Shown: piece by piece, positions 27,907 to 37,554 of the stretch
How positions within the stretch are numbered: the stretch's first letter is position 1
How the letters are laid out: every line of letters begins with the position of its first letter
From: Hyphococcus sp.
GTDB taxonomy: Bacteria; Pseudomonadota; Alphaproteobacteria; Caulobacterales; Parvularculaceae
Assembly: GCA_013002535.1 (NCBI GenBank)
Contig: JABDJK010000038.1
Coordinates: 27,804 to 91,803 of the forward strand
Direction of reading: 5' to 3'
Length of the DNA: 64,000 nucleotides
Notes under the pieces: generated by a model
Told to the model about the DNA's origin: nothing
What the model saw: only the letters and a program-made list of their open reading frames with translations
Database searches by the model: none
Program-made: the position numbers and the translations under genes

Positions 27907-28179
27907 ATGTTAGTTAAATCCCTCGCTGCTGTCGCCACTGCCGTGGTCGCCCTCTCCGCCACACCGGCATTTGCCGGCGATAAAGAAAATCTCGCTGCCT
28001 GTTGGGCAGCGATTTCAACCGAGCGTCAGGTAGAGACCACCGATCTTCGCTTCCGCTCGCTCTCCGGCGCCAGCCTTCAGAAAATCCGTTTTGATGTAGA
28101 CAAAAACGGCGAGAAATCTCGCGCCGTCTGCAAGGTAAAGCGCGGCGAAATTGTCGAGATTACTTATGAGGCCGCGTAA
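27907..28179 (+). CDS. Small secreted hypothetical protein with two Cys
   Basis: AGGA RBS, signal peptide AFA, divergent from LysR, followed by a terminator. Confidence 0.75.
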   Translation: MLVKSLAAVATAVVALSATPAFAGDKENLAACWAAISTERQVETTDLRFRSLSGASLQKIRFDVDKNGEKSRAVCKVKRGEIVEITYEAA

Positions 28180-28238
28180 GAAGGCCGACTAAGAAAACGC
28201 CGGTAAAGCCCCACCCCTGCGGCTCACCAGCGAAAGAG

Positions 28239-28270
28239 AACCGTCCGGACTCCCTGCCGGACGGTTTTTT
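28239..28270 (+). terminator. Intrinsic terminator
   Basis: AACCGTCCGG...CCGGACGGTTTTTT. Confidence 0.75.
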
Positions 28271-28355
28271 ATAGGCGCCGATCCTGTTGGTATCTTGCGT
28301 CTATCCATTCAGCGCAAAGACCCGTTATAAGAAGAAAAACAAAACGGGGGTCAGT

Positions 28356-29117
28356 TTGCTTCTTCGCCGCATCACCGAACACGTCAAAGCTCAGAACTGG
28401 TTTGCGGTCGCGCTCGATTTCCTGATTGTTGTGGTCGGTGTCTTTATCGGTATTCAAGTCGCAAACTGGAATGACGAGGCCGCATTCCAGCAAAAAGAAA
28501 CCGAATTGCTGATCGAGCTCAAACGTGAACTTGAATCCTCAATCAACACAACAGAACAGAAAGGCAATGCCTATGCTCAGGCAGCCGCTGCTGGGAAACG
28601 GTCGCTCACTTTTTTAGCAGACGAGCAATCGTGCGCGCGTGAATGTTGGCCAATGCTGATTGATTTTTTTCATGCATCACAGTGGCAGCCGATCGAAGTT
28701 CCACGGGCAACCTACGATGAATTACGTCGTCAGGGATTGCCGCAATCGCGCGACATTATCGACGCTGTGGAGTTCTATCTTGCGCAGAACGCCAATCTTG
28801 AAGCTCCGAACCGGGAACTGCCTATCTATCGCTCGCTGGTGCGCCAGTTGATCCCTTTAAGTGTACAAGAATATTATTGGCAAATGTGTTGGGATTTGAC
28901 CGGCGGCGTAGAAACATATGTGCTCGATTGCCCCAAGGGCGTCACTGACGACGTCGCCGCGCGGACGGTCGACGAGATTATCAGTGATCGCAAAATCAAA
29001 CGTCATCTTACGGAATGGATTGGCTATATCTGGACCATGCCGGACGACCTTAGCGAACAAAATGCAGCAGCGGAACTTGCTATAGCCGCTATTGATGACG
29101 AACTGGAGCGCCGCTAA
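28356..29117 (+). CDS. DUF6090-like membrane-anchored protein, array copy 1
   Basis: TTG start; MLLRRITEHVKAQNWFAVALDFLIVVVGVFIGIQVANWND; central TYDELRRQG. Confidence 0.8.
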   Translation: MLLRRITEHVKAQNWFAVALDFLIVVVGVFIGIQVANWNDEAAFQQKETELLIELKRELESSINTTEQKGNAYAQAAAAGKRSLTFLADEQSCARECWPMLIDFFHASQWQPIEVPRATYDELRRQGLPQSRDIIDAVEFYLAQNANLEAPNRELPIYRSLVRQLIPLSVQEYYWQMCWDLTGGVETYVLDCPKGVTDDVAARTVDEIISDRKIKRHLTEWIGYIWTMPDDLSEQNAAAELAIAAIDDELERR

Positions 29118-29896
29118 TGCTCCTCCGCCGCATTACCGAACACGTCAAAGCCCAGAACTGGTTTGCGGTCTTCCTCGACTTTCTGATCGTGGTCGTTGGC
29201 GTCTTCATCGGTATTCAGGTTTCAAACTGGAATGACGCACGCGCTGTTGATCGCAAATCTGTTGTTGTTTCTGAGCGACTGACATCGGATTTGCGACATG
29301 AAGCGTGGAATTACCAATATACGATTGAATATTATAAAGACGTACAGTCGAGCGGATATCGCGCCCTGAATGCTCTCACTGGTAAAGCAGATTTGTCCGA
29401 TGAAGCTCTGCTGATTAACGCTTATCGCGCGACGCAATATCTTGTGAACGCCCGTCGTCGATTGACCTTTGATGAACTTTCATCGACAGGCGAAATCGAA
29501 TTGATTCGTGATGAAAATCTCCGCCAAACTGCGCATTGGATATATAACGCACCCGTATTCGGGCAAATCATACGTGAGCGCGACAATCAGCAATACCGAA
29601 GTTTATTTCGCATGCTTGTTTCTCTAGATGTCCAGGACGCGCTGCTCGAAAAATGCGGTGATCGGGAAGTTGTGAGTGGAGATTTTGAAAACATCGTCGA
29701 CTCCCTGGATTACTCTTGCGAAACCGGTATAGCGCCTGAGCGCGTGAGCGAGACCGCCAGGATTCTTCGATCGGATGCGTCCATGGTTCCCTTGTTGAGG
29801 CTGCGCATGGCCGATGTAAAATCTTCCATCGCCAATCTCACTATTTATAATATGGAAGCGATTGACGGCTTGCTAATGATAGAGAATGCCGACTAA
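29117..29896 (+). CDS. DUF6090-like membrane-anchored protein, array copy 2
   Basis: Same N-terminus; TFDELSSTGEIELIRDENLR; TAATG coupling. Confidence 0.8.
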   Translation: MLLRRITEHVKAQNWFAVFLDFLIVVVGVFIGIQVSNWNDARAVDRKSVVVSERLTSDLRHEAWNYQYTIEYYKDVQSSGYRALNALTGKADLSDEALLINAYRATQYLVNARRRLTFDELSSTGEIELIRDENLRQTAHWIYNAPVFGQIIRERDNQQYRSLFRMLVSLDVQDALLEKCGDREVVSGDFENIVDSLDYSCETGIAPERVSETARILRSDASMVPLLRLRMADVKSSIANLTIYNMEAIDGLLMIENAD

Positions 29897-30639
29897 TGCT
29901 CCTCCGCCGCTTTACGGAACATATAAAGACGCAAAATTGGACGGCCGTCGCGCTCGACTTCGCCATTGTTGTTGTCGGCGTCTTTATCGGTATTCAGGTG
30001 TCGAATTGGAATGACGCGCGGGCGGACCGCATCGCAGAAAAAGAATACCTTTCCAGATTAGTTATTGACTCAACAGCATCGATTGAGCTCATCGATATGC
30101 GGCGCGATTCATTATTGGAATGGGCGAGAAATGTTGAAGCGCTCGTCGCCGGTTTGGCGAATGGCGACAGAGTAGCCGTCGCCGTGCATGAGGACGGTCT
30201 GTTACAAGCAACGCGAATTAATCGCGCGTCGCCACAATTCGCAACAATCACAGAGCTTATTTCAAGCGGTCGCATTAATATTATTCAGGATGTCAAAATC
30301 AGAAACGCCATTGCTGAAGCCGAAAGTGAAGCCCGGAACCGGGACGCATATGTAGACATTCTTAACACCGGACAAAAGTCGTTATTACCAATTATAAGAA
30401 CGCGTTTTCGCCTGGTCACAACGGGTGAAGACCCCGACGGTTTTATGGATTATCGAATTGAATATGACTTTGATGCGCTTGCAGCCGATGAAGAATTCAT
30501 CAATGCCTTGTCACAATCGGCAAACCATCTTCGTGTCAACGCCGGCTGGCTAAACAGCGTCAAGACTGACATGGAAAAACTTCGCTCGCTAATTATCGAG
30601 GCTAACCCGTCACTGGCGCCCGCAACGGAAACTGAATAA
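29896..30639 (+). CDS. DUF6090-like membrane-anchored protein, array copy 3
   Basis: Same N-terminus; TITELISSGRINIIQD; TAATG coupling. Confidence 0.8.
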   Translation: MLLRRFTEHIKTQNWTAVALDFAIVVVGVFIGIQVSNWNDARADRIAEKEYLSRLVIDSTASIELIDMRRDSLLEWARNVEALVAGLANGDRVAVAVHEDGLLQATRINRASPQFATITELISSGRINIIQDVKIRNAIAEAESEARNRDAYVDILNTGQKSLLPIIRTRFRLVTTGEDPDGFMDYRIEYDFDALAADEEFINALSQSANHLRVNAGWLNSVKTDMEKLRSLIIEANPSLAPATETE

Positions 30640-31394
30640 TCCTCCTCCGCCGCGTCATCGAACACTTCAGCGCCCAGAACAGGACGGCGGTTGCGCTCGA
30701 CTTTGTAATTGTCGTCTTTGGTGTCTTCATGGGTATCCAGCTTGGCAACGGGAATGAGGCGCGTTCTAATCAGGGGACTGGCGCCGCGCACCTGTCGGAG
30801 ATCGCCGATGATCTGCGAGCCAATCTCGGGTTTCATGATAAACTTTACGATTCCGCCGTCGCGGGCATCGCAGCGGTCGACTATGTTTACGAAAAAGCAT
30901 TTGATCGCGAACTACCCGATGTTCTTCGGTTATCGGTTGAGACGCGGCCAGTCCCCGACACCAAAGCCATCGCCGAAGAAGGCCTCGATATCCTCATGGG
31001 GTCAGTAAACCTGATTGGCATCATCGTCATATCGCGCAATGGATATGAGTCGCTGATTAACCCGGGCCATCTCGGGTTGATCAAGAACCGCGATCTCGCT
31101 CGCCGCTTCCAGCAATATAAAAATCAATATGACGACGTTCGAGATACCGCAGGCGACGTTTTCCGGCCATTTCGCAATGATAGCGTTTTGGCGAACTACA
31201 AATATGGCGTGTCTGTTTTTGGAGAGCGCCCCGTTGAGGAAATCATTGAACGCACCCGAAATCATGCGGAATTCGCAGCCTATCTCCGATCGGCGCGTGA
31301 ATGGGGTATTGTGCACGCCGTATTTCTCGACGACTAAAAGACAAGCACCGAGACGTTGCTGCCCGAGATAGACGAAGAGCTGGAGCGCATGTAA
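30639..31394 (+). pseudogene. DUF6090-like array copy 4, decayed
   Basis: Start reads ATC (TAATCCTCCTCCGCCGC versus TAATGCTCCTCCGCCGC), both conserved Trp are lost, premature TAA at 31335-31337, and the frame continues to IDEELERM* at 31394. Confidence 0.8.
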
Positions 31395-31433
31395 TGATCC
31401 TTCGCCGCAGCACTATTTTTTAAGGAAGTTAAA

Positions 31434-32006
31434 ATGAAACGTATACTCATTATCGCCGTTGCCATTCTCGCTGCTGCGTGCTCGCGCGAGGCGCCGCCGG
31501 AGACTAACCCGGCCGATGAACTCATGGCGAACCTGAAAGCCCATTGCGGCAAGGCCTATCAAGGCGCGCTGGTCTCAAATGATGAGGCCGATGCGGATTT
31601 CGCTGGGCAGTCTATGGTGATGCATGTCAGGACTTGCGAGGATGATGTGATCCGCGTACCGTTTTTTGTCGGCGATGATCGCTCGCGCACCTGGGTTATC
31701 ACGCGCACTGACGATGGCCTGCGTTTGAAACACGATCATCGCCATGAAGACGGCGAAGAAGATGTCATTACCCAATATGGCGGCGACAGTGCCGCGATTG
31801 AGAGCCCGGCGCGCATCGAGTTTCCGGTCGATCCATATTCCATTGATCTTTTTAATCGAGAGGGCCTGACGGCCTCGGTCACCAATGTCTGGGCGCTTGA
31901 GCTAAATGACGAAATTTTTGCCTATGAGCTCACCCGCGAAAACCGCCATTTCAGGGTGGAGTTTGATTTGAGCCAGACCGTCGATGCGCCGCCCCCTCCA
32001 TGGTGA
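31434..32006 (+). CDS. Conserved hypothetical lipoprotein
   Basis: Lipobox LAAC; MHVRTC, GDDRSRTW, LKHDHRHEDG.ED..TQYGG. Confidence 0.8.
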   Translation: MKRILIIAVAILAAACSREAPPETNPADELMANLKAHCGKAYQGALVSNDEADADFAGQSMVMHVRTCEDDVIRVPFFVGDDRSRTWVITRTDDGLRLKHDHRHEDGEEDVITQYGGDSAAIESPARIEFPVDPYSIDLFNREGLTASVTNVWALELNDEIFAYELTRENRHFRVEFDLSQTVDAPPPPW

Positions 32007-32048
32007 TTGAATTGGGGGGTCTTATTAAACGCGCCCCCGGTTGAGTTG

Positions 32049-32147
32049 GTCATACTGGGCCTCGCCCAGGCATCCATGGCGTATCACCGCCACAGACGCA
32101 TGGGGATGCATCTTCATTCCATGGATTCCGGCGTTCACCGGAAAGAC
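32049..32147. repeat. REP-like inverted doublet (MITE-like palindromic element)
   Basis: GTCATACTGGGCCTCGCCCAGGCATCCA...TGGATTCCGGCGTTCACCGGAAAGAC: two hairpin units in inverted orientation with GTCAT/GAC-type ends. Confidence 0.65.
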
Positions 32148-32296
32148 AGCTTCGCCCGAATTCCATAGAATCCACTGCTAATACTGTCGGTTTCTGCAAA
32201 CCACTTGCCCCGGACGCCCGGCCCCGCCTAATCTCCTGCAAATTTTGTAAAAATGACTGCGCCCGTCTGCAAAGGGCGCGGCAATAGGGGTATGAT

Positions 32297-33724
32297 TTGG
32301 TCATGGAAGAATTTTACACCGGCGTTGATAATGTCAGCGGCTTTATCTGGGGCGGAACCTGGGGTTCGGCGCAAATACTGCCCGTCGCGCCAATGGTTGT
32401 GGTGCTGCTCGGCGCTGGTCTTTTCTTCATGATCCGGCTGAAATTTCTGCCGATCCGGCGGTTGTTCCCGGCCTTCGGCAATCTATTTTTCAATTCGCGC
32501 AAAGACGATGTTGAAGGCGGAACCGGCGGTGAGATCACGCCCTGGAATGCGCTCTCAACGGCGCTCTCAGGTCAGGTCGGCACCGGTAATCTCGCGGGCG
32601 TTGCGACGGCGCTGACGCTTGGCGGTCCGGGCGCGATTTTCTGGATGTGGGTGACCGCTTTTCTCGGCATGGCCGCGGCGTTCGCGGAATCGAGCCTTGC
32701 GGTTAAGTATCGTGAACAGCACCCCGACGGCCATGTTCATGGCGGCCCGATGTTTTATATTAAAAACGGTCTCGGTAAGAAGTGGGCTTGGCTCGGCGTC
32801 TTCTTCGCCGTCGGCACGATCTTTTCCGCAATCGTCACCGGCAATATGACGCAAGCCAACTCAATCGCGACCGCGGCGGAAGCCGCTACGGGCATTCCAA
32901 CCTGGATTTCAGGTCTGGTGATCGCGGTTCTCGCTTTCATCGTGATTATCGGCGGCATTAAGTCCATCGGGTCGGTCGCCGGTAAGGTCGTTCCGGCGAT
33001 GGCCCTCGGTTACATCATCGTTGCGATTGTTATGCTCGTCATCAATGCGGAGCATGTGCCAAATTCCATACGCATCATTTTCACTTACGCATTCGGACTT
33101 GAACAAGCCGCGGGCGGCATTGCCGGTTACTCGGTGTTGGCGGCAATCCGTTTCGGCGTTGCGCGCGGTCTGTTTTCAAATGAAGCTGGGCAGGGCTCAA
33201 CCGCGATCGCACACGCCGCGGCGAAAACAGATGATCCTGTTTTTCAGGGCGAGATCGCCATGCTCGGCGCCTTTATTGACACGATCGTCATCTGCACCAT
33301 GACGGCGTTGGTTATCCTATCCGTGCAGGGATCATTCCCGGGAGCAGACGGAACCACGGTTGAATATGCCTGGCAATCCACCCTGCAAGGGGCGCAGGTG
33401 ACGACTGCAGTCTTCAGTCAGGGTATGCCCTATGGCGGCATCTTTATTGCCGTGGCGCTGGGGCTTTTCGCGTTCACCACCATTCTCGGCTGGTCCTATT
33501 ATATGGAGCAGGCGGTCACTTACCTCGTCGGCGACTGGGCGGCGAAGCCGATGCGATTTGTCTGGGTCGGCATGGTCTTTATTGGCGCGCTTCAACAGAT
33601 CGATTTTGTCTGGCGCTTCGGCGACATTGCTAACGCGTCGATGGCGTTCCCGAACCTCATTGCAATCTTGTTATTATCACCGGTGGTGATCGCCATGGCG
33701 AAAGAAAAAGGCCGGCTCAAGTAA
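32297..33724 (+). CDS. Alanine/glycine:cation symporter (AGCS family)
   Basis: LSGQVGTGNLAGVA, GGPGAIFWMW, GGPMFYI, RGLFSNEAGQG, TTILGWSYY. Confidence 0.95.
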   Translation: MVMEEFYTGVDNVSGFIWGGTWGSAQILPVAPMVVVLLGAGLFFMIRLKFLPIRRLFPAFGNLFFNSRKDDVEGGTGGEITPWNALSTALSGQVGTGNLAGVATALTLGGPGAIFWMWVTAFLGMAAAFAESSLAVKYREQHPDGHVHGGPMFYIKNGLGKKWAWLGVFFAVGTIFSAIVTGNMTQANSIATAAEAATGIPTWISGLVIAVLAFIVIIGGIKSIGSVAGKVVPAMALGYIIVAIVMLVINAEHVPNSIRIIFTYAFGLEQAAGGIAGYSVLAAIRFGVARGLFSNEAGQGSTAIAHAAAKTDDPVFQGEIAMLGAFIDTIVICTMTALVILSVQGSFPGADGTTVEYAWQSTLQGAQVTTAVFSQGMPYGGIFIAVALGLFAFTTILGWSYYMEQAVTYLVGDWAAKPMRFVWVGMVFIGALQQIDFVWRFGDIANASMAFPNLIAILLLSPVVIAMAKEKGRLK

Positions 33725-33749
33725 CTGCCGGCGAAGGAGCAGTATCCTC

Positions 33750-34454
33750 GTGCGTAAATTGTCAGCGTTATTTCTGGGCGCAACAGCGCTCGCTGGTCCG
33801 GGTTTCATCAGCACTGTAGCGGCGCAAGAGGGCGCCAATGCTGTTGTCGATGACCACGCTTATTTCCGCATCGGCGGCGGCGTCAGTTGGGTATCGGATT
33901 GGGACGAAGTCGTAGCGCCCGGCGTTGCGACTTGCTTGGCTATTGGATGTAATCCGGAAAGGCAACTAATTGCATTATCGGAAGGCTACACGGCCTCCGC
34001 CGCAATTGGTTTTGACTATGCTGACGGAATTCGAACGGAATTGGAGTATCGTTTTTCTTCTTCCGCAATTGAAAGCAGAAGCCTTTTTGAAAGCGGTTCA
34101 GAAGTTGATACTACTATCGACAACGACATTGCTGCGCATTTTGTCATGTCGAATTTCTATTTCGATTTTCATAATTCTTCGCGGTTGACGCCCTATCTGG
34201 GAGGCGGTGTCGGCGGCGCATTCGCGAACAGCGACATAGATGATCGTGACGCAGCTTTAGCATGGCAAGCGCGCGGCGGCGTCTCCCTAGCTATGGGCGG
34301 CGGTTTCTCGGCGGACCTTGAATATAATTATATTCAGTCAAACCCACTTTTTGATGACCCAGATGATATTACGCCGTCAACCGCTGTCGCGACGCGTGAG
34401 GGCTCGCGGTACAAATCATCTTCCGTATTACTCTCTGTGCGCAAGGCGTTTTAG
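33750..34454 (+). CDS. Outer-membrane beta-barrel protein (Opa/OmpA-like)
   Basis: Signal peptide; IGFDY..GIRTELEY, FYFDF, LTPYLGGGVG; terminal Phe. Confidence 0.85.
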   Translation: MRKLSALFLGATALAGPGFISTVAAQEGANAVVDDHAYFRIGGGVSWVSDWDEVVAPGVATCLAIGCNPERQLIALSEGYTASAAIGFDYADGIRTELEYRFSSSAIESRSLFESGSEVDTTIDNDIAAHFVMSNFYFDFHNSSRLTPYLGGGVGGAFANSDIDDRDAALAWQARGGVSLAMGGGFSADLEYNYIQSNPLFDDPDDITPSTAVATREGSRYKSSSVLLSVRKAF

Positions 34455-34647
34455 AGGCGGCGCACCAATGTCGCGGGCTTTTATTGAAAAACGAACTCGC
34501 TGTTTTAGGTGATTTATCGGAGATTGACATTCTATCCTCGATAAAGTTGACCCTGCCGCATTACCTTCAACGCGTATTTCGCCTAAAATCGCTTCATTGA
34601 TGCGGTGAAGAGTTTCGCTGTGATCGTAAAATTCACAGGGGGCGGGC

Positions 34648-36072
34648 ATGAGACTGTTTTTCAAAGTTTTGCGAGTGCTGTTCGTATTATGGCTTGTCGT
34701 TTCGGCGGTGATGATCGCCATGAACTGGTCATTAGTGACGCAAATCTGGCGGTTCAGCCCGATTGTCATTCCGGCAATGTATGGCGAGCCGGAAACCATT
34801 ACTGAAGAGCGCGAGCAAGATCTGCGCTTTCTCAAGAAATTTCTGAAATATGACCGCAGCTATTCTGAAAGCGAAAAAGAAGAATTCTACGCACATGTCG
34901 AAAGTCTCGAAACGCGGACCAGCGAGCTTACCGATGCGGAGTTATTTCTTGGCGTCGCGCGCGCCGCGGCGATTGCTGACAATGGTCACACAAATATCTC
35001 AACGGGACCGCTCTATCGGAAATTCAACCACGCAAACGTAAAATTCTATTGGTTTGTAGACGGACTTTATATTGTTCGCGCTCATAATTCACTTCGCAAT
35101 CTTGTGGGGTCGCGCGTGGTTGCCGTCGATGGGCGTTCAACGGAAGATGTTGCCTCGGAGCTCTCCGCATATTTTGGCGGCGTCCCCGGATGGCGGCGTT
35201 TGTACGCGACTTATTTCATGGAATCCCCGGAAATTATGCACGCCGCCGGACTGGCCGCGTCTGCCGATGCGCTGGCATTGACGATTGTTGATCGATCAGG
35301 TGCGGAAGGGGAGATCGTATTGCAAGGCGTGTCGCGTGATCCTGATGCCGATTTGCCAACCCGGCGCCCGTGGATGACTTTGAAGCCGATTGCTCTGCCG
35401 GATGAGGACGACGACTGGACAAAAACCTTAAGTGTGACCGGCGCCAATGCTCCACTTTATCTGCGCGACACCGAAAAAAATTTCTTTTGGACGGAACTGC
35501 GCGGCGGCGTTTACGTGCGGCCGCAATTGCTCTTGCAGCGCGAGGGCTCGCCGCTGCTCGAACAATATCAGGAAGTTTTACGTGTGGCGGACGCCGAAAA
35601 GTTTGACTTTATGGCTGTCGATCTTCGCTGGAGCCCCGGCGGCGACTACACCAAAGTCGTTGAATTTTCCAAGGCGGCTCCCGGCGCCATCAAGGATGAG
35701 GGCCGCCTATATATAATTGTTGGACCACAGACATTCTCCGCGGCGGTCGTGAAGGCAGCGTTTTTGAAATATTACGGCGGGGAGAAAGCGGTTATTATTG
35801 GCGCGCCTATGGGCGATGGTGAACAATTCTGGGCCGAACGCGGGCCGTTGCCATTCAAGTTGCCAAATTCTGAATTCTCTGTGAACTTTGCGACCGGCTA
35901 CCATGACTGGGCTGAAGGGTGCGCGGGAAAGCATAAATTTTGCTTTTCGCAGAACCTTGTTCACGAGGTGCCTGCCGGTTCTCTGACGCCGACAGTCTCT
36001 ATGGCGGCGACCTATGGCGAATATGCGAGCGGTCAGGACATTATCATGGACTTTATTTTGTCTCTTGAGTGA
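34648..36072 (+). CDS. S41-like peptidase domain protein, membrane-anchored
   Basis: DNGHT, VDLRWSPGGD and GPQTFSAA resemble S41 motifs. Confidence 0.65.
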   Translation: MRLFFKVLRVLFVLWLVVSAVMIAMNWSLVTQIWRFSPIVIPAMYGEPETITEEREQDLRFLKKFLKYDRSYSESEKEEFYAHVESLETRTSELTDAELFLGVARAAAIADNGHTNISTGPLYRKFNHANVKFYWFVDGLYIVRAHNSLRNLVGSRVVAVDGRSTEDVASELSAYFGGVPGWRRLYATYFMESPEIMHAAGLAASADALALTIVDRSGAEGEIVLQGVSRDPDADLPTRRPWMTLKPIALPDEDDDWTKTLSVTGANAPLYLRDTEKNFFWTELRGGVYVRPQLLLQREGSPLLEQYQEVLRVADAEKFDFMAVDLRWSPGGDYTKVVEFSKAAPGAIKDEGRLYIIVGPQTFSAAVVKAAFLKYYGGEKAVIIGAPMGDGEQFWAERGPLPFKLPNSEFSVNFATGYHDWAEGCAGKHKFCFSQNLVHEVPAGSLTPTVSMAATYGEYASGQDIIMDFILSLE

Positions 36073-36164
36073 ATTCAGGCTATTGAAATTTATTCATTGA
36101 ATGGCGGATGACGGGTGATCGATTGATGGATCCCCGATAAACAAAATTGGCTGAGGGGCGTCGC

Positions 36165-37514
36165 ATGCAATTAAAATCGATTATGGCATTACTTCTGGCG
36201 GGAATGTTTTCTGCATCCGCCTTCGCGCAGTCTGGCGATCAGGGTCGTGTTGTCACCGGGGCGCATGCCGTCCTTGAATATCGCGACCGGCCGGCGGCGG
36301 AAAACCTGATGGTTGAGGACCGGCTCAAAAATCTTTTGCCCGCGCTCATGGAAGAAACCGACATCGATATGTGGCTCGTCATCAATCGCGAGTATGCCGA
36401 AGACCCGATTTATTTCACGCTGGCGCCGCAACCAACATTCGCCGCGCGGCGCACGACCATGCTTGTCTTTCACCGGACTGACGATGGCGTCGATATGATG
36501 ACCGTCAATCGCTATCCTTTAGGCGGTCTATACGATTCCGCCTGGGAGGGTGGGCAACTTGATGAACAGTGGGAGGCGCTGGCCGCGCTAATCGTTGAGA
36601 AAGACCCGGCGCGCATTGGCGTCAACGTCTCGCGCGACTGGCCCGTTGCTGACGGGCTAACGCATGGTCTGCATGAGCGCCTGTTCGCCGTTCTGCCGCA
36701 AGAATTTCAGGACCGCCTCGTTCCGGCGCAGGATCTCGTCATTCGCTGGTCCGAAACCCGCAGTGAGATGGAGATGGACGCCTATGGCCATGTTGTTGGC
36801 ATCGCGCGCATGGTCATAGGCGAGGCATTCTCGTCAAAGGTCATCACGCCCGGCGTCACGACTGCGGATGATGTCGCCTGGTATATCCGCCAGCGGTTCG
36901 AAGATTTAAACCTTGATCCGTGGTTCATGCCATATGTGAATATTCAACGGCCGGGTAAGCCTTGCGAAGCCGATCAGGCGTTCTGCGGTGAAAAAGGCGT
37001 CATCCGCCGCGGCGATGTTCTGCATACGGATGTCGGTATCTGTTATTTAAAGCTTTGCACCGATACGCAGGAGATGGGATACGTCGCAAAAGCAGGCGAG
37101 GCGGAAGTTCCGAAAGGGCTGAAGGCCGCCCTTAGAACCGGCAATCGCTGGCAGGATCATTTGACGTCATCCTATCGCGTCGGCCGCACCGGTAATGAAG
37201 TCCTGGCTGCAACGCGCGAGAAGTGCCGCCGGGCCAAAATGAATTGTTCCACCTACACGCACCCGATTGGCTTTCGCGGTCACGCTGTCGGCCCGACCAT
37301 CGGCATGTGGGATGATCAGGACGGAACGCCCGTGCGCGGCGATTGGCCCGTCTATGCGAACACCTGCTACGCGATCGAAGGCAATGTGAAGGCGCCGGTC
37401 CGCGAATGGGATGGTCAATTGGTGCAGATCAAGATGGAACAAAGCGCCTGTTTTGACGGGTCACGTGTCATCTATCTCGCTGGCCGGCAGACAGAATGGC
37501 ATGTGATCCGGTGA
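36165..37514 (+). CDS. M24-family metallopeptidase (Xaa-Pro aminopeptidase-like), secreted
   Basis: Signal peptide; GDVLHTDVGI..L.LCTDTQEMGY, THPIG..GH..GP, YAIE. Confidence 0.85.
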   Translation: MQLKSIMALLLAGMFSASAFAQSGDQGRVVTGAHAVLEYRDRPAAENLMVEDRLKNLLPALMEETDIDMWLVINREYAEDPIYFTLAPQPTFAARRTTMLVFHRTDDGVDMMTVNRYPLGGLYDSAWEGGQLDEQWEALAALIVEKDPARIGVNVSRDWPVADGLTHGLHERLFAVLPQEFQDRLVPAQDLVIRWSETRSEMEMDAYGHVVGIARMVIGEAFSSKVITPGVTTADDVAWYIRQRFEDLNLDPWFMPYVNIQRPGKPCEADQAFCGEKGVIRRGDVLHTDVGICYLKLCTDTQEMGYVAKAGEAEVPKGLKAALRTGNRWQDHLTSSYRVGRTGNEVLAATREKCRRAKMNCSTYTHPIGFRGHAVGPTIGMWDDQDGTPVRGDWPVYANTCYAIEGNVKAPVREWDGQLVQIKMEQSACFDGSRVIYLAGRQTEWHVIR

Positions 37515-37554
37515 ACGAACCATTCGACGATCGCTGACCGCCGGGCCCATTGGC

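Larger units (their letters stand above)
28356..30760 (+). repeat. Four dispersed direct repeats of about 120 bp (5' ends of the array genes) starting at 28356, 29117, 29896 and 30639
   Basis: Copies 1 and 2 differ at 19 of 121 nt by hand count, mostly at third codon positions. Confidence 0.85.

Noticed and set aside
28356-30760. CRISPR array or integron attC sites from the regularly spaced repeats
   Set aside because: The repeats are about 120-bp coding 5' ends with synonymous variation, the spacers are about 650-bp coding sequence, and there is no cas gene or integrase.
32010-32296. Glycine riboswitch upstream of the AGCS symporter
   Set aside because: The conserved GGAGA...CCGAAG aptamer cores were not found; the structure present is the REP-like doublet.
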